Origin: an uncultured delta proteobacterium
Lineage (GTDB): Bacteria; Myxococcota_A; Polyangia; Polyangiales; Polyangiaceae
Length of the DNA: 64,000 nt
Direction of reading: 5' to 3'
NCBI GenBank assembly: GCA_963850305.1
Contig: CAWKKR010000008.1
Location: 1,280,001 to 1,344,000, forward strand
In this document: positions 46,543 through 56,831 of the stretch, one piece after another
How positions within the stretch are numbered: the stretch's first letter is position 1
Layout of the letters: every line of letters begins with the position of its first letter
Notes under the pieces: generated by a model
What the model was told of the DNA's origin: nothing
Database searches by the model: none
What the model saw: the letters and a program-made list of their open reading frames with translations, nothing else
Position numbers and translations under genes: made by a program

Positions 46543-48951
46543 TCAGTGCGAGGACGTCACTTCCGACGACCAGCGCTCCGCGAGCGTCGCGCCGAAGACT
46601 CGCGCCCGGGCGTCGTGGCCGTCGGTGCGAAACTCGGCCGAGCCGAAAACGTCGGTGCGGAGTGCGACGACGCCGGCTCGAGCCAGGGTCGCGAGGGTGT
46701 CGGGACTGGGATGGCCGAAGCGATTGCGGACGCCGCACGAGACGGTCGCGAGGCGCGGGTGCACGGCGGCCAGAAACGCCGCGGACGTGGAGGTGCGGCT
46801 GCCGTGGTGGCCGACCTTGAGAAAGTCGGCGCGTAGCTCGCTGCGGAAGGCGCCGAGGAGAAAGCGCTCTTCTTCGTGCTCGGCGTCGCCCATGAGGAGC
46901 GCGCGTTCGTTGCCGTACGTCAGGCGGATGACGAAGGAGTTGTCGTTGGGTCCGAGCACGGGGTCGAACGCGGGACAGGGGGCGAAGACGCGGAGCTTCG
47001 CGCCGCCGACGGTGCGCTCGGGGCCGCACAGGACGTCGGGGCCGCGAATGGGGACGCCGCGGCGCAGGAGTCCGCGGATGAGCTCGGCGTATTCGGTGCC
47101 GGCACCTTGCTCCCGCCCCTGGCCGGTGTCCCAGAATTCACCGACGTCGAGGGACGGCAAGGCCGCAAAGAGGCCGAGAAAGTGATCGGGGTGAGGATGC
47201 GTGAGGACGACGATGTCGACGCGGGTTCGGCGGCGCGCGCGGAGTACGGGCAGGAGCACGGAGTTGCCCGGGTTCACGGGGCTGCCGACGAAGCCGCCGC
47301 CGTCGATGAGCATGAGCTTGCCGTCGGGCAGGTCGACGAGCGTGGAATCTCCCTGACCGACGTCGAGTGCGGTGATGCGGAGCTCGCCACGCGGGTGTCC
47401 ACGACGGACCGCGGCGACCTCGACCAGGAGAAATCCGCACAAGCCACCCATCAACCAGGCTCGGCGCGCGGCGTGATTGCGTTCGCCCGCCACGAGCATG
47501 CCCGCAGCGGCAACGCCGATGACGGCGAAGTGCCATGGCCCCGGGGGCGGCACCGGGACGGCAAGCCACGTGGCCGAGGCGCTGGCGTGCGCGAGCCACC
47601 GCACGACGAGAAGCGCGCCCGATGCGACGAGCGCGAGACCGCGTGCGACCGCGCCGCCAGGGACGAGCGCGTGGACGAGACAGAGCGGAAGCGAGATCGC
47701 TTCACCGAAGGGGACGGCCGCGACGTTCGCGACGATGCCGGCGAAGGTGAGCCGCGGACCGAGCGTCGCGAGGATGGGCGCGCAGGGGATCATCGCGGCG
47801 ATCGTGGCGGCGAACGGCGACGCGACGAGACGACGTAGCTTGCCGGCGGAAGCGGGTGCGAGCCTTTGCAACAGAGGTTTGCCGAGGACGAGCAATCCGG
47901 CGGTCGCGGCGGCGGAGAGTACGAACGAGACGTCGAAGCCCATCAAGGGATCGAGGAGCGCCCCGACGGCGAGCGACAGCGCGAACAATCGCACCGCGCA
48001 CGGATGACGGCCCAGCGCACGCGCGCCGAGGCCGACCGCGAGCATCCACGCGGCGCGGCGCGCCGAACCGCTGCTGCCCGCGAAGTCCGCGTACACGGGC
48101 GCGAGCACCGCGCCCGCTGCTGCCGCGACGCGCCCGACTTCGACGCGGACCGCGAGCCACTCGATCCGCGCGAGGATGAACACGAGCGCGCGCACCACGC
48201 CGAGCACGGCGAACACGAGGTGCGTCCCGCTCACGGCGAGCAGGTGCGCGAGCCCGCTGGCACGGAACGCGGCGTTGTCCTCGTCGGTGAGATCGTTTTC
48301 TCCGAGGACGAGCGCGCGGGCGAGCGGCGCGGCGAGGGGCGTGAACGTCGCGTCGATGCGCGCTCGCACGACGGCGCGCGCTCGATCGATGACGGCGCCG
48401 AAGCCGCGTCCGGGTTCGAGCAGGCGCACGGACAGCGCGGAGCCGCTCAGCAAGACGCCGGTGCGCGCCGCGCCGGGCGTGGGGTCCGGGAGCTCCGCGT
48501 TACGGAAGAGCTCGGCCGGCGCGAGCTGCGCGACGACCTCGATGCGGTCGCCGCGCGCCAGAAACGGTGGGCCCTCGCGCAGCCGCACACGCACGCCAGG
48601 GACGTTTCGTCCTTCACAGTCGAGCGCGTCGAAGTCCGCGACGTAGCCGAGCGCGCCGTCCCGGACGGTCGGCGACGTGTCCACCCGTGCAACTCCCGAG
48701 CAGCGCGACGGGGCCTTCAACGCGATCCGCGTTGCGACCAGGTCCGCCTCGAACGCCGGTACGGCGCGCCACGCTCGCCAGCCCGTGACGCTGAGGGCGA
48801 CGGCGGCACAGAGGAGCACGCGCGCCGAGACGCGCCGCCCGACGACGACCCCCAGTGCCACGACGGTCGCGCCAGTCGCGAGTGGCGTGGTGACGAAGTA
48901 CCCGCCGAGCACGCCGGCCGCGGCGATGACCAGGACCGGATCGAGGCGCAC
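46543..48951 (-). CDS. comEC: Competence DNA uptake channel ComEC/Rec2
   Basis: GLAHLLAVSGTH, multiple TMs, LDVGQGD, THPHPDH, NDNSFV, LKVGHHGS, NRFGHP. Confidence 0.95.
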   Translation of the reverse strand: MRLDPVLVIAAAGVLGGYFVTTPLATGATVVALGVVVGRRVSARVLLCAAVALSVTGWRAWRAVPAFEADLVATRIALKAPSRCSGVARVDTSPTVRDGALGYVADFDALDCEGRNVPGVRVRLREGPPFLARGDRIEVVAQLAPAELFRNAELPDPTPGAARTGVLLSGSALSVRLLEPGRGFGAVIDRARAVVRARIDATFTPLAAPLARALVLGENDLTDEDNAAFRASGLAHLLAVSGTHLVFAVLGVVRALVFILARIEWLAVRVEVGRVAAAAGAVLAPVYADFAGSSGSARRAAWMLAVGLGARALGRHPCAVRLFALSLAVGALLDPLMGFDVSFVLSAAATAGLLVLGKPLLQRLAPASAGKLRRLVASPFAATIAAMIPCAPILATLGPRLTFAGIVANVAAVPFGEAISLPLCLVHALVPGGAVARGLALVASGALLVVRWLAHASASATWLAVPVPPPGPWHFAVIGVAAAGMLVAGERNHAARRAWLMGGLCGFLLVEVAAVRRGHPRGELRITALDVGQGDSTLVDLPDGKLMLIDGGGFVGSPVNPGNSVLLPVLRARRRTRVDIVVLTHPHPDHFLGLFAALPSLDVGEFWDTGQGREQGAGTEYAELIRGLLRRGVPIRGPDVLCGPERTVGGAKLRVFAPCPAFDPVLGPNDNSFVIRLTYGNERALLMGDAEHEEERFLLGAFRSELRADFLKVGHHGSRTSTSAAFLAAVHPRLATVSCGVRNRFGHPSPDTLATLARAGVVALRTDVFGSAEFRTDGHDARARVFGATLAERWSSEVTSSH

Positions 48952-48965
48952 GCTGTCGCGCGCGT

Positions 48966-48981
48966 TGCAGGCTCCGGGCCA
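48966..48981 (-). promoter_or_regulatory. Putative sigma-54 promoter of comEC
   Basis: TGGCCCGGAGCCTGCA has GG-N10-GC spacing and ends 14 nt upstream of the GTG. Confidence 0.55.
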
Positions 48982-49046
48982 TACGCGAAATGCCGCGTGT
49001 CACGAAACACGAAGGCCGGCGAACCCACGTTCGCCGGCCATCGCCG

Positions 49047-49125
49047 CCCGCTCGCTTCGCGAGCCCGCCGAAGGCGGCGGGGGGAGCGGTTGCGAAGCAA
49101 GCCGCGGGGGGCTAAGGCCCCCCGC
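49047..49125 (-). repeat. REP-like composite element, same family as 63781-64000
   Basis: Reverse complement aligns with 63881-63945 (CCCCCGCGGCTTGCT.CGCAACCGCTCCCCC..CCGCCTTCGGCGGGCTCGC). Confidence 0.85.
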
Positions 49126-49150
49126 AACCCAATCCCGCCCCGCGTTTCGA

Positions 49151-49969
49151 TCAGAAGTAGTAGAGCGCGGCGATGTTGTTCGTGAAGATGGACCAGGGGT
49201 CGCCCTGGACCGTCGTTCCGAAGGTGAGCTGCGAGAACTTCGTCGACCCACCGCCGCCGCCGGGGTCGAACTTCGTGCTGTCCGTGGAGAGGGCGACGCC
49301 GACGGTGCCTTGAAGCGCCAGGTTCGGGATGCCGATGAACCCGAAGTGGATCTCCCCGCCGATGCGGCCGCCGATGTCGAAGTGAAACCCGCTGCCGCTC
49401 AAGCTCGGTCCGCCTTGCTGATCCTGCGACCAGCTCGAGAAGCCGAGGTTCATCTCGGGAATCACCTCGAACGTGAAGTGCCCGGCGCTCGCGAGCGCGA
49501 TGGGGACGCCGCCGTGGATGACGAAGGCCACCGCGCTCGGGAGGTCGACATCCGTGCCCCCCTGACTCCCGCTGTAGCTCACGACGCCGAGCCCGATCCC
49601 CGCGTCGATGCCGATCATGTCCGTGAGCCAGTAGCGGATGCCCACGACGGGCGCCGGCACCGCGAACGTGCCTGGAGCTCCCGTGCAACCCGTGCCGCCG
49701 TTGCACCCGACGTTCAGGGTCCGGGTGCCGAGCAACCCGACGCCGAACTGCCCGATGAACTGCTCGTGGTCGCTGTCGCCCGCCGCTGCTGCCGCGGGCG
49801 CCGCCGGGCGCTCGCCGGGCAGGGTCATGCCGGCGGCCGGAGCCGGAGCCGCTGCCGGCGCTGGCGCTGGCGCTGGCGCCGGCTCTTGCGCGTGCGCCAT
49901 CTGCGTCAGAGCGAGAACAGCCGCGAACGCTGGCGCCGACGCGCCAAACACCATACCAATCCGTTTCAT
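49151..49969 (-). CDS. Small outer-membrane beta-barrel protein
   Basis: RBS AGGAGG, signal peptide AHA-Q, PA-rich linker, amphipathic strands, terminal YYF. Confidence 0.75.
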   Translation of the reverse strand: MKRIGMVFGASAPAFAAVLALTQMAHAQEPAPAPAPAPAAAPAPAAGMTLPGERPAAPAAAAAGDSDHEQFIGQFGVGLLGTRTLNVGCNGGTGCTGAPGTFAVPAPVVGIRYWLTDMIGIDAGIGLGVVSYSGSQGGTDVDLPSAVAFVIHGGVPIALASAGHFTFEVIPEMNLGFSSWSQDQQGGPSLSGSGFHFDIGGRIGGEIHFGFIGIPNLALQGTVGVALSTDSTKFDPGGGGGSTKFSQLTFGTTVQGDPWSIFTNNIAALYYF

Positions 49970-50146
49970 ATTGTCCTCCTTCAGGTGCGATCGGGCTCGG
50001 GAGAGAGTTCCCGCAATGCGTGCCGGTGACGGCACTCGCCCACGGGGTGCATCCTTCACCCACCTCGGCGCTGACGTCAATTTAGTGATGACGCGACGCA
50101 TCGCGATCCGCCGCGTCACGGCTTCGGCGCTCACGCGAGGCGGTCT

Positions 50147-50890
50147 TTGAGCGATCGGGTGCGCGCCGATCGTCTCCTCTGCGCCCGCGGTCTCGCGACC
50201 ACGCGCGCGAAGGCGCAGGACCTCATCCGTGGCGGACGTGTGACGGCGAGTGGTCGGACATTGTGGAAGCCCGGCGTCTTTCTCGACGACGACACGCCGC
50301 TCGCCGTGACAGAAGCGCGCACCTTCGTCTCGCGCGGTGGAGACAAGCTCGACGCCGCGCTCGACGCGCTGTCGGTCGACGTCGCGGGGGCGGTCGTCGT
50401 CGACATCGGCGCCTCGACGGGTGGCTTCACGGATTGCGTGCTCCAGCGCGGCGCCCGCAAGGTCTACGCCATCGACGTCGGACACGATCAGCTCGACTCG
50501 CGCTTGCGCTCCGATCCGCGCGTCGTCTCGCGCGAGGGCACGAACGCGCGCGATCTCTCCGCGGCCGACTTCGCGGACCCCGTCGAGCTCGTCGTGGTCG
50601 ATGCGTCGTTCATCGCGCTCGACAAACTACTCCCCGCCGTCGCGCGCATCGCTCCGCCAGGAGCTCGCCTCGTTGCGCTCGTGAAGCCGCAGTTCGAAGT
50701 CGGTCGCGACGCTGCACGCAAGACTCGCGGCGTGGTCCGCGATCCCGAGCTCCGCGCACGCGCCATCCTCGCCGCGCGAAGCGCCGTCGAACGCGCTGGC
50801 TTCACCCTCCGCGGCGAGGTCGACAGCGTGCTCCCGGGCCCCGCCGGCAACGTCGAACACTTTCTGTTCGCCGTGAGGCGCGAGCATTGA
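50147..50890 (+). CDS. tlyA: TlyA family rRNA 2'-O-methyltransferase
   Basis: S4 domain, FVSRGGDKL, DIGASTGGFTD, LVKPQFE, GNVEH. Confidence 0.95.
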   Translation: MSDRVRADRLLCARGLATTRAKAQDLIRGGRVTASGRTLWKPGVFLDDDTPLAVTEARTFVSRGGDKLDAALDALSVDVAGAVVVDIGASTGGFTDCVLQRGARKVYAIDVGHDQLDSRLRSDPRVVSREGTNARDLSAADFADPVELVVVDASFIALDKLLPAVARIAPPGARLVALVKPQFEVGRDAARKTRGVVRDPELRARAILAARSAVERAGFTLRGEVDSVLPGPAGNVEHFLFAVRREH

Positions 50891-50936
50891 CACCATCGTA
50901 TTATTGTAAGCGGGTAGTGCGATCCAGGAGATAGCG

Positions 50937-51707
50937 ATGGCGTTCCGATATGTCGGTGTCGAAGAGGCGATAGAGCTCGGTGGCCTCCGGATGGTGGTCG
51001 TCGGCGGAGTGCCGAGCCCCTGGGGCGAGGCCGCGAAGGGGTTTCTGCACATCAAGGGCATCGATTGGGCCGCGGTCCGTCTGGTTTACGATAGCGACGC
51101 ACTCAAAGAGTGGACCGGCAACCGCAGCGGTCCCGTCGCCGTTTACGACAAGGAGCGACCCCGTGCCGGCTGGGCCGAAATTCTTCTGCTCACCGAGCGC
51201 ATCGCGCCGACACAGTCAGTGCTTCCGAAGGACGCGGCCGATCGCGCCCTCGTCTTTGGCCTCGCCCACGAGCTGTGCGGCGAAGGCGGTCTCGCCTGGA
51301 CGCGCCGCATTCAGTTGATCCACGCCGGTCTCGCCGGCGCGGGCGGCTTTGCGTCGCCGGCCGCCCAATACCTCGGCAAAAAGTACGGCTACGGCCCCGA
51401 GGCAGGCGCGGCCTCGGGCGCGCGTGTCACCGAGCTCCTCGCCATGCTTGCGGCGCGGCTGAAGACCCAGCGCGACGCGGGGAGCCGCTACTACGTCGGA
51501 CGTTCGCTCACCGCGGCGGACGTCTATGGTGCAGCCGTCATGGCCATGTTCATGCCGCTTCCGCCGCACCAATGTGACATGGCGGCGGCCACGCGGGCGG
51601 CGTTCGAAACGCTCGACGCGCCCACACGCGCGGCGCTCGACCCGATCCTGCTCGCGCATCGCGACATGATGTACGCGGAGCACCTGGCCCTTCCCCTGTC
51701 GCTCTGA
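50937..51707 (+). CDS. Glutathione S-transferase-like protein
   Basis: PSPWGEAAK N-terminus, YYVGRSLTAADV GST C-terminal motif; RBS AGGAG. Confidence 0.7.
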   Translation: MAFRYVGVEEAIELGGLRMVVVGGVPSPWGEAAKGFLHIKGIDWAAVRLVYDSDALKEWTGNRSGPVAVYDKERPRAGWAEILLLTERIAPTQSVLPKDAADRALVFGLAHELCGEGGLAWTRRIQLIHAGLAGAGGFASPAAQYLGKKYGYGPEAGAASGARVTELLAMLAARLKTQRDAGSRYYVGRSLTAADVYGAAVMAMFMPLPPHQCDMAAATRAAFETLDAPTRAALDPILLAHRDMMYAEHLALPLSL

Positions 51708-51785
51708 GCACGGCTGCGCCGAGGGTGACGGCGCGGAGACGGACCCGTGCGTGTCGCTCTATCTCGACGTCGTAGCCGCCCCCTC

Positions 51786-52949
51786 TCACGGGTTCAGATT
51801 GAACGTCGAGTTCGTCGGATCCTGGGTGAGGAACTGCTGGTAGCGCGAGTCGCCCATCTCGTGCACCTCGAGCCACGAGAGCCCTTGCCGTGCGACCACG
51901 ATGTCCGTCGCGGCGGTGCCTTGCGGCGTGCACGCGACGTAGTGGGAGCCGCCGGTGAACTCCGAGTACATCTTCGGCGTCGAGGTGGGGATGCTCGAGT
52001 ACTCACCCGTGGCCATGCCGCCCACTCCGACCGAAACGAGGATGTCCGCCGTGCCGTCGAACATCAAGCTCGGCACGACGTCGGCCGTGTACGGGTTGGC
52101 GGCAGTGTTCCACGGACACAGGCCGATGGCGGCCTTGAGCTCGTGGTGAGAGCTTCCGTTCGCGCTCGCGGCGATCAGCGTGCCGCCGCCGCCCATCGAG
52201 TGGCCCATGAGGGCCATCCGTGACACGTCGATCTTTCCCGCGAGCGGACTCCCCGACCGCGTATTTTCGGCGATGAAGTTTCCCTCGGCCTCCATCAATG
52301 CGTTCGCTCGATCCGGCGGCTGAGGAGTGAAGGTGTTCGCCGCCCCTGCCGTCGCGGTGTCGATGAGCATGACGACGAACCCGTACGAGCCGAGGAAGTT
52401 CGCCCACTGCGTGAGGGGGCACGTGGCCGACGTCTGCGTCTCGGTAAATCCGGGCGCGATCACGACGCCGGGCATCGGTGTGGGTGCACCGGTCGAGTAA
52501 TAGATGGTGGGGTTCACGTAGTCCGCGGCCGTCGGAATCCCGGTGTTGTACGAGGTCACGGTATACGGTCCCGGCTTCGACGCGGAATCCACCGTCGGCG
52601 CCGGGCCCGTTCCCGTGGACCCACCCGTCCCGTTCGAGGACCCGCCCGAAGCACCGGAGGCGCCTCCTACGCCGTCGGATCCGCCGAAGGGGTTCGAACC
52701 ACCGGCACTCGACTCACCGCCTGCGCCGAACGCTCCACCCGCGCTGTCGAATCCGCCCGCGCCTTGCGCGACGTCGAATCCGCCCGCGCCGAACGCTCCG
52801 CCCGCGCCGAACGCTCCGCCGAGACTGCCGGAAGCACCGCTCCCCTGGTCGCCTCCACCGCCCTGGGATGTGCCGGTCGAAGAATTGGAGCCACCACAAC
52901 CCGCAATGAGCAGCGCAATCGCGCCCTGTCCGAAAAAGCCAAGTCTCAT
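51786..52949 (-). CDS. Lipoprotein alpha/beta hydrolase of the cutinase/PETase-like family
   Basis: LIAGC lipobox, Gly linker, PGF, GSYGFVV, GHSMGGGG, CPW, ADILV, GGSH. Confidence 0.85.
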   Translation of the reverse strand: MRLGFFGQGAIALLIAGCGGSNSSTGTSQGGGGDQGSGASGSLGGAFGAGGAFGAGGFDVAQGAGGFDSAGGAFGAGGESSAGGSNPFGGSDGVGGASGASGGSSNGTGGSTGTGPAPTVDSASKPGPYTVTSYNTGIPTAADYVNPTIYYSTGAPTPMPGVVIAPGFTETQTSATCPLTQWANFLGSYGFVVMLIDTATAGAANTFTPQPPDRANALMEAEGNFIAENTRSGSPLAGKIDVSRMALMGHSMGGGGTLIAASANGSSHHELKAAIGLCPWNTAANPYTADVVPSLMFDGTADILVSVGVGGMATGEYSSIPTSTPKMYSEFTGGSHYVACTPQGTAATDIVVARQGLSWLEVHEMGDSRYQQFLTQDPTNSTFNLNP

Positions 52950-53123
52950 GATTCTGACCTCCGGCGTCCGTCTCTGCTCACCCTAGTCGTTCGCGCCGGT
53001 CTGCCAATGGTGTTCGTGGCCTCGCGTAGCGAGATTTCCCCCGTCAACTGCCGTGCCCGCGGAAGAGTGCGGCGCCGCTGGAGAACGAGGACCGTTTGCA
53101 GCCGGCGAGCCGTGCTGCGCCGC

Positions 53124-54875
53124 TCAGTGCACGCGTCGCGCCGTGATCGGAATCGTGAACGACACTTGCTCCGACTGCGGACCGAACGGCGTGTTCCGCG
53201 CGACGCCGAGCAGGCATTGTCCGAGCGGCGTGCCGTTCAGCGCGGCGGGGTTCAGATCCGCGGCTTCCACTTTTCCCGAGGGCGCGACGCGGAAGTGGAC
53301 GGAGACTTCGGGACGACCGTCGACTTCCTTCACGTGTTGCAAGAAACACGACTCGATCTGTCCACGCTGTCGCTGCACGGCGCGCGAGAGCGCCGCAGGA
53401 TCGGGCTTGGACGTCGTGGTCGAGGGAGCGGTAATGGACGTCGCGGAACGTGGAGCGCGTCCCGACGGTGCAGGCGCCGCACTGGTCGCGGGTTCCGCCG
53501 GGGGGACGGGCAACGTCGCCGCCGATGGTGCAAGCGCTGGAGCCTCGGCCGCGGGAGGTGGCTCCGGTGCGGCGCTCGAGTCGTCGCGCGCCTCTTTCTC
53601 CACCACGACGAACCGCGATGCGCCCGCGTCGGATTTCTTCGCGGTCCAGGCGTAGCCCGCGGCGGCGACGGCCAGCACGGCTGCGCCCGCTGCGATCCAA
53701 GCGGGCGCGGCCGAAGCCTTCGCGACGCGCCCTTCGACCCGCGTGGGACGATCGGCCCCCTCGTCGGTCGGTGGCGGTTCGAAGAGCGTCTGCGTCGGCG
53801 CGTCCATGTCGTGCTGGGGCGGAGGAGTCGAGCGCAGCGTCACACGCTCCCCCGTCGTCTCGCTCTGCGCGGCGCGCCACGCCGCGTCCCGGTGCTGGAG
53901 CGGCTCGAGTCCGAGCTTCTCGGGCATGTCGCCGTTGAAGTCGTTCCAGACCTCGTCTGCGAGGTCCGTGACGAAGTCCTCCTCGCGCCGCGGCCGGACG
54001 GCCCTCAGCGCGTCCGCGAAGGCCGACGCGGTCGGGTAGCGATCGTCCGGGCTTTTCGCCAGCGCTCTTTCGAGTGCGGCGTCGAGCTCCGGGGTCACGT
54101 CGTCACGGCGCTCGCGCACCGACGGCAGCTTTTCCGTCAGCACGCGCCGGACGATCTCCGGCATGTTCTTGCCGCGAAACGGATTCTCTCCGGCGAGGAG
54201 CTGATAGAGCACGACGCCCGCGCTGTACACGTCGCTCTTCGGGCTCGACGAGGACCCGTCGAACACTTCCGGCGGGGCGTACGTGAGCTTGCCTTTGAAC
54301 ATGCCGTCGCGCGTCTTGTATTCGTCGGTCTGATCCGCCCGCGCGATCCCGAAATCCAGGAGCTTCACGTGCGCCTGCGTATCGAGAAGGATGTTCCCGG
54401 GCGACACGTCGCGGTGCACGATCTGCATCGGCGTGCCATCGCTCCGCACGAACGTGTGGGCATAGTGGAGCGCGTCGAGCACCCGCGTGAGGATGTAGAT
54501 GGCGTAGTCGACCGGCAGCTGCTTCCGGGTGTCGACCACGTAGCGGTGCCACTGCCCTAGGTTGTAACCGTGCACGTACTCGAGGACCATGACGTACGCG
54601 CCGTCTTCTTCGTCGAAGTCGATGACGTTCACGATTCCCGGGTGCTGGAGGTTCGCGAGGATACGCGCCTCCCGGACGAACGAGCGCGCCGCGGCTTCGT
54701 CCTCGGCGAGGTCGGGGATGATGCGCTTGACGATGACGGGCCGCGTGAACCCCTGCGCGCCCTCGGTCCGCGCGAGATACACGACGCCCATGCCGCCCCG
54801 CGCGAGCTGCTCGACGATCCGGTAGCGCCCGAGGACGAGCGTCCCGGACATCTCCTCCCGTCGCGTTGCCGTCAT
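53124..54875 (-). CDS. Membrane Ser/Thr kinase with periplasmic AgmX/PglI (TonB-C-like) domain
   Basis: GGMGVV, HRDVSPGN, LDFGIA, GKLTYAPPE, TM, QIESCF...FRVAPSGKV...LGQCL. Confidence 0.9.
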   Translation of the reverse strand: MTATRREEMSGTLVLGRYRIVEQLARGGMGVVYLARTEGAQGFTRPVIVKRIIPDLAEDEAAARSFVREARILANLQHPGIVNVIDFDEEDGAYVMVLEYVHGYNLGQWHRYVVDTRKQLPVDYAIYILTRVLDALHYAHTFVRSDGTPMQIVHRDVSPGNILLDTQAHVKLLDFGIARADQTDEYKTRDGMFKGKLTYAPPEVFDGSSSSPKSDVYSAGVVLYQLLAGENPFRGKNMPEIVRRVLTEKLPSVRERRDDVTPELDAALERALAKSPDDRYPTASAFADALRAVRPRREEDFVTDLADEVWNDFNGDMPEKLGLEPLQHRDAAWRAAQSETTGERVTLRSTPPPQHDMDAPTQTLFEPPPTDEGADRPTRVEGRVAKASAAPAWIAAGAAVLAVAAAGYAWTAKKSDAGASRFVVVEKEARDDSSAAPEPPPAAEAPALAPSAATLPVPPAEPATSAAPAPSGRAPRSATSITAPSTTTSKPDPAALSRAVQRQRGQIESCFLQHVKEVDGRPEVSVHFRVAPSGKVEAADLNPAALNGTPLGQCLLGVARNTPFGPQSEQVSFTIPITARRVH

Positions 54876-54878
54876 TCG

Positions 54879-56831
54879 TCAGTGCCCGGAGCCACGGCGC
54901 AGATAGTAGTGCGTGCCGCGGCTCGGGTGGACGAACTCGATCGCGAGCGCCCGTTGCCCCGCGGGAGCGACCGCTTCACCCGAGAATCTGCCCTGATCGT
55001 CCAGAGGCAGGGCCGTGCCTCCGACGGAGATCCGCCAGCCCTCGAGGGCGACTCCGGACACCGTGACGCCCTGTCCGGGCCCGAAGCTGCCGTCGGCCGG
55101 GGAGGTGAGCGTCGCCGCGGGAGCCGCATTGTCGAACTTGATGTCCACATGGGTCTCCTTGGACTTCGCGCTGCCGCCCGCGAAGGAAACACGGTAGACG
55201 CCGTCGCGCCACGCGCCCGAGGAGAAAGAGTACGTCGGCGAAGACGAGCCATACGTCGCGGTCTTCCCTCCGGGCGACACGACCGTCAGCGTGTAGCCGC
55301 CCCCGGCAGGGGCGTTCGGCCAGCGGACGGATATCTTCGGCAGGATGTTCTGGTAGAGCACCGTGTAGTTGCGCCCGTCCGCGTCCACCAAGGTGGACGG
55401 AGCCGTTCGGGGAATGCGGGCGGTGCCGCCATCGTGGAGAACGCCGACCATGCCGGACGCTGCCGTCTCCGGCTGAATGCCGTTCGCGCCGACGCAGTGC
55501 ACGGCGTACCTGTGAGCGCCCGCCGGCACGAGCACCGTGACGACGCCCGTTCCGCGCGAGCGACTCCCGGGCTGCCCGACCAGCTCGGCGACGGCGCCCT
55601 CCGGACAGAGCGATGCGGTATTGAATCCGATCGCCGTCGGTGGGTGAGGGTCATGCACGGCGAACGATTGGCCCGCGAGCACGACGAAGTCCGTGTAGCC
55701 CGGGCCGCGACCGCCGACCTCGGCGCTCCCTTTCGCGCCGAGCGTGCCTTCCTCGCCCGCGTCGAGCTCCTCGTCGCCGCTCGCCGTCTTGAGGTCGACG
55801 GTGCCGCTCGCGACGCTGACGTGCGTCGCGTCTTTCTTCACGGTGACGTCGCCGCGCGCGCCGAGCCTGGCCACGATCGAGCCGCCCGGCACCGCGACCT
55901 CGAGCTCCGTGTCGGCGCCCGTGAGCGAGACGCCGCCGCCCGCCGTCACGATGAACGGCTGGTTCGCTTCCGCGACGACGAAATCTCCCGCGCCGCGAAG
56001 GGTCGCGCGCTCCCCGCCGAGCGCGACGTCGGCGCTCGTGCCGCGGGCGAGTCGCAGCGTGCTCCCGCTCGCGATCGTGGCGTTGCCCGCGGCGAGCCTC
56101 GAAAATGTCGTGGCCCCGGGCGCGCGAATGCTCGCCCCGCCGCCGACGACGTGGGCCGTCACATCGCCCGTGGGCTTCGCTTCCGCGACGGGCTCGGCCG
56201 AAGGAGCAGGCGCGGCGCTCGGCGGTGGCGCAGCGGAGCCCTCCGGTTTGACGTCGTACCGCTCGATGCTCGCGTTGCCGATGCCGACCTCGATGCCTTG
56301 CCCGGCGCCGACTTCCACCGTCTGGCCGCCGCTCTCGAAACGAGCCATCCCGACGGAGACCTCGTAGCGCGTTCCGCGGTCGCCCTTCACGAGCGAGAGC
56401 TTCGTGCCGGGCGCGATCGTCGCGGCCCCGATGTCCGTGTCGAGCGTCACGGCGTCCTTGCCGGTCTCGAGGCTCGCGGCGCCCATCTGCAAGTCGAACC
56501 GCTCGGCCTTCGACTTGGACGGTTTGTCGAGGAAGCGAATGACGGTCGAGGACGCGAGCCGGAGCTCGCTGTCGTCGTCGAGCTTCAGCGCCGCGTGCGA
56601 CGCCCTGTCCGTGCGCACGCCGTCCCCGACGAAGAAGCGATCGCGGAGTGCGGCAGGTTGCCACGCGCCGACATGCTTGCCGAAGTCGCGGTCCACCGTG
56701 CCGCCGGACTCCTCGAGAACTGCGACGGCAGCGGGTTTGCGGCGCATCAAATACGCACCAACAAAAACGAACACGAGGACGAGCGCGGCAACGCCGACCC
56801 TTCGAGCGAGGGGGGGGTTCGGCGAGGTCAC
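54879..56831 (-). CDS. Membrane-anchored protein with two FecR-like domains and C-terminal Ig-like domains
   Basis: Very short cytoplasmic N-terminus, TM, GDGVRTD...LKLDDDSELRL, VSVGMARFE, second repeat VSVASGTVDL, LTSPADG Ig-like. Confidence 0.75.
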   Translation of the reverse strand: MTSPNPPLARRVGVAALVLVFVFVGAYLMRRKPAAVAVLEESGGTVDRDFGKHVGAWQPAALRDRFFVGDGVRTDRASHAALKLDDDSELRLASSTVIRFLDKPSKSKAERFDLQMGAASLETGKDAVTLDTDIGAATIAPGTKLSLVKGDRGTRYEVSVGMARFESGGQTVEVGAGQGIEVGIGNASIERYDVKPEGSAAPPPSAAPAPSAEPVAEAKPTGDVTAHVVGGGASIRAPGATTFSRLAAGNATIASGSTLRLARGTSADVALGGERATLRGAGDFVVAEANQPFIVTAGGGVSLTGADTELEVAVPGGSIVARLGARGDVTVKKDATHVSVASGTVDLKTASGDEELDAGEEGTLGAKGSAEVGGRGPGYTDFVVLAGQSFAVHDPHPPTAIGFNTASLCPEGAVAELVGQPGSRSRGTGVVTVLVPAGAHRYAVHCVGANGIQPETAASGMVGVLHDGGTARIPRTAPSTLVDADGRNYTVLYQNILPKISVRWPNAPAGGGYTLTVVSPGGKTATYGSSSPTYSFSSGAWRDGVYRVSFAGGSAKSKETHVDIKFDNAAPAATLTSPADGSFGPGQGVTVSGVALEGWRISVGGTALPLDDQGRFSGEAVAPAGQRALAIEFVHPSRGTHYYLRRGSGH

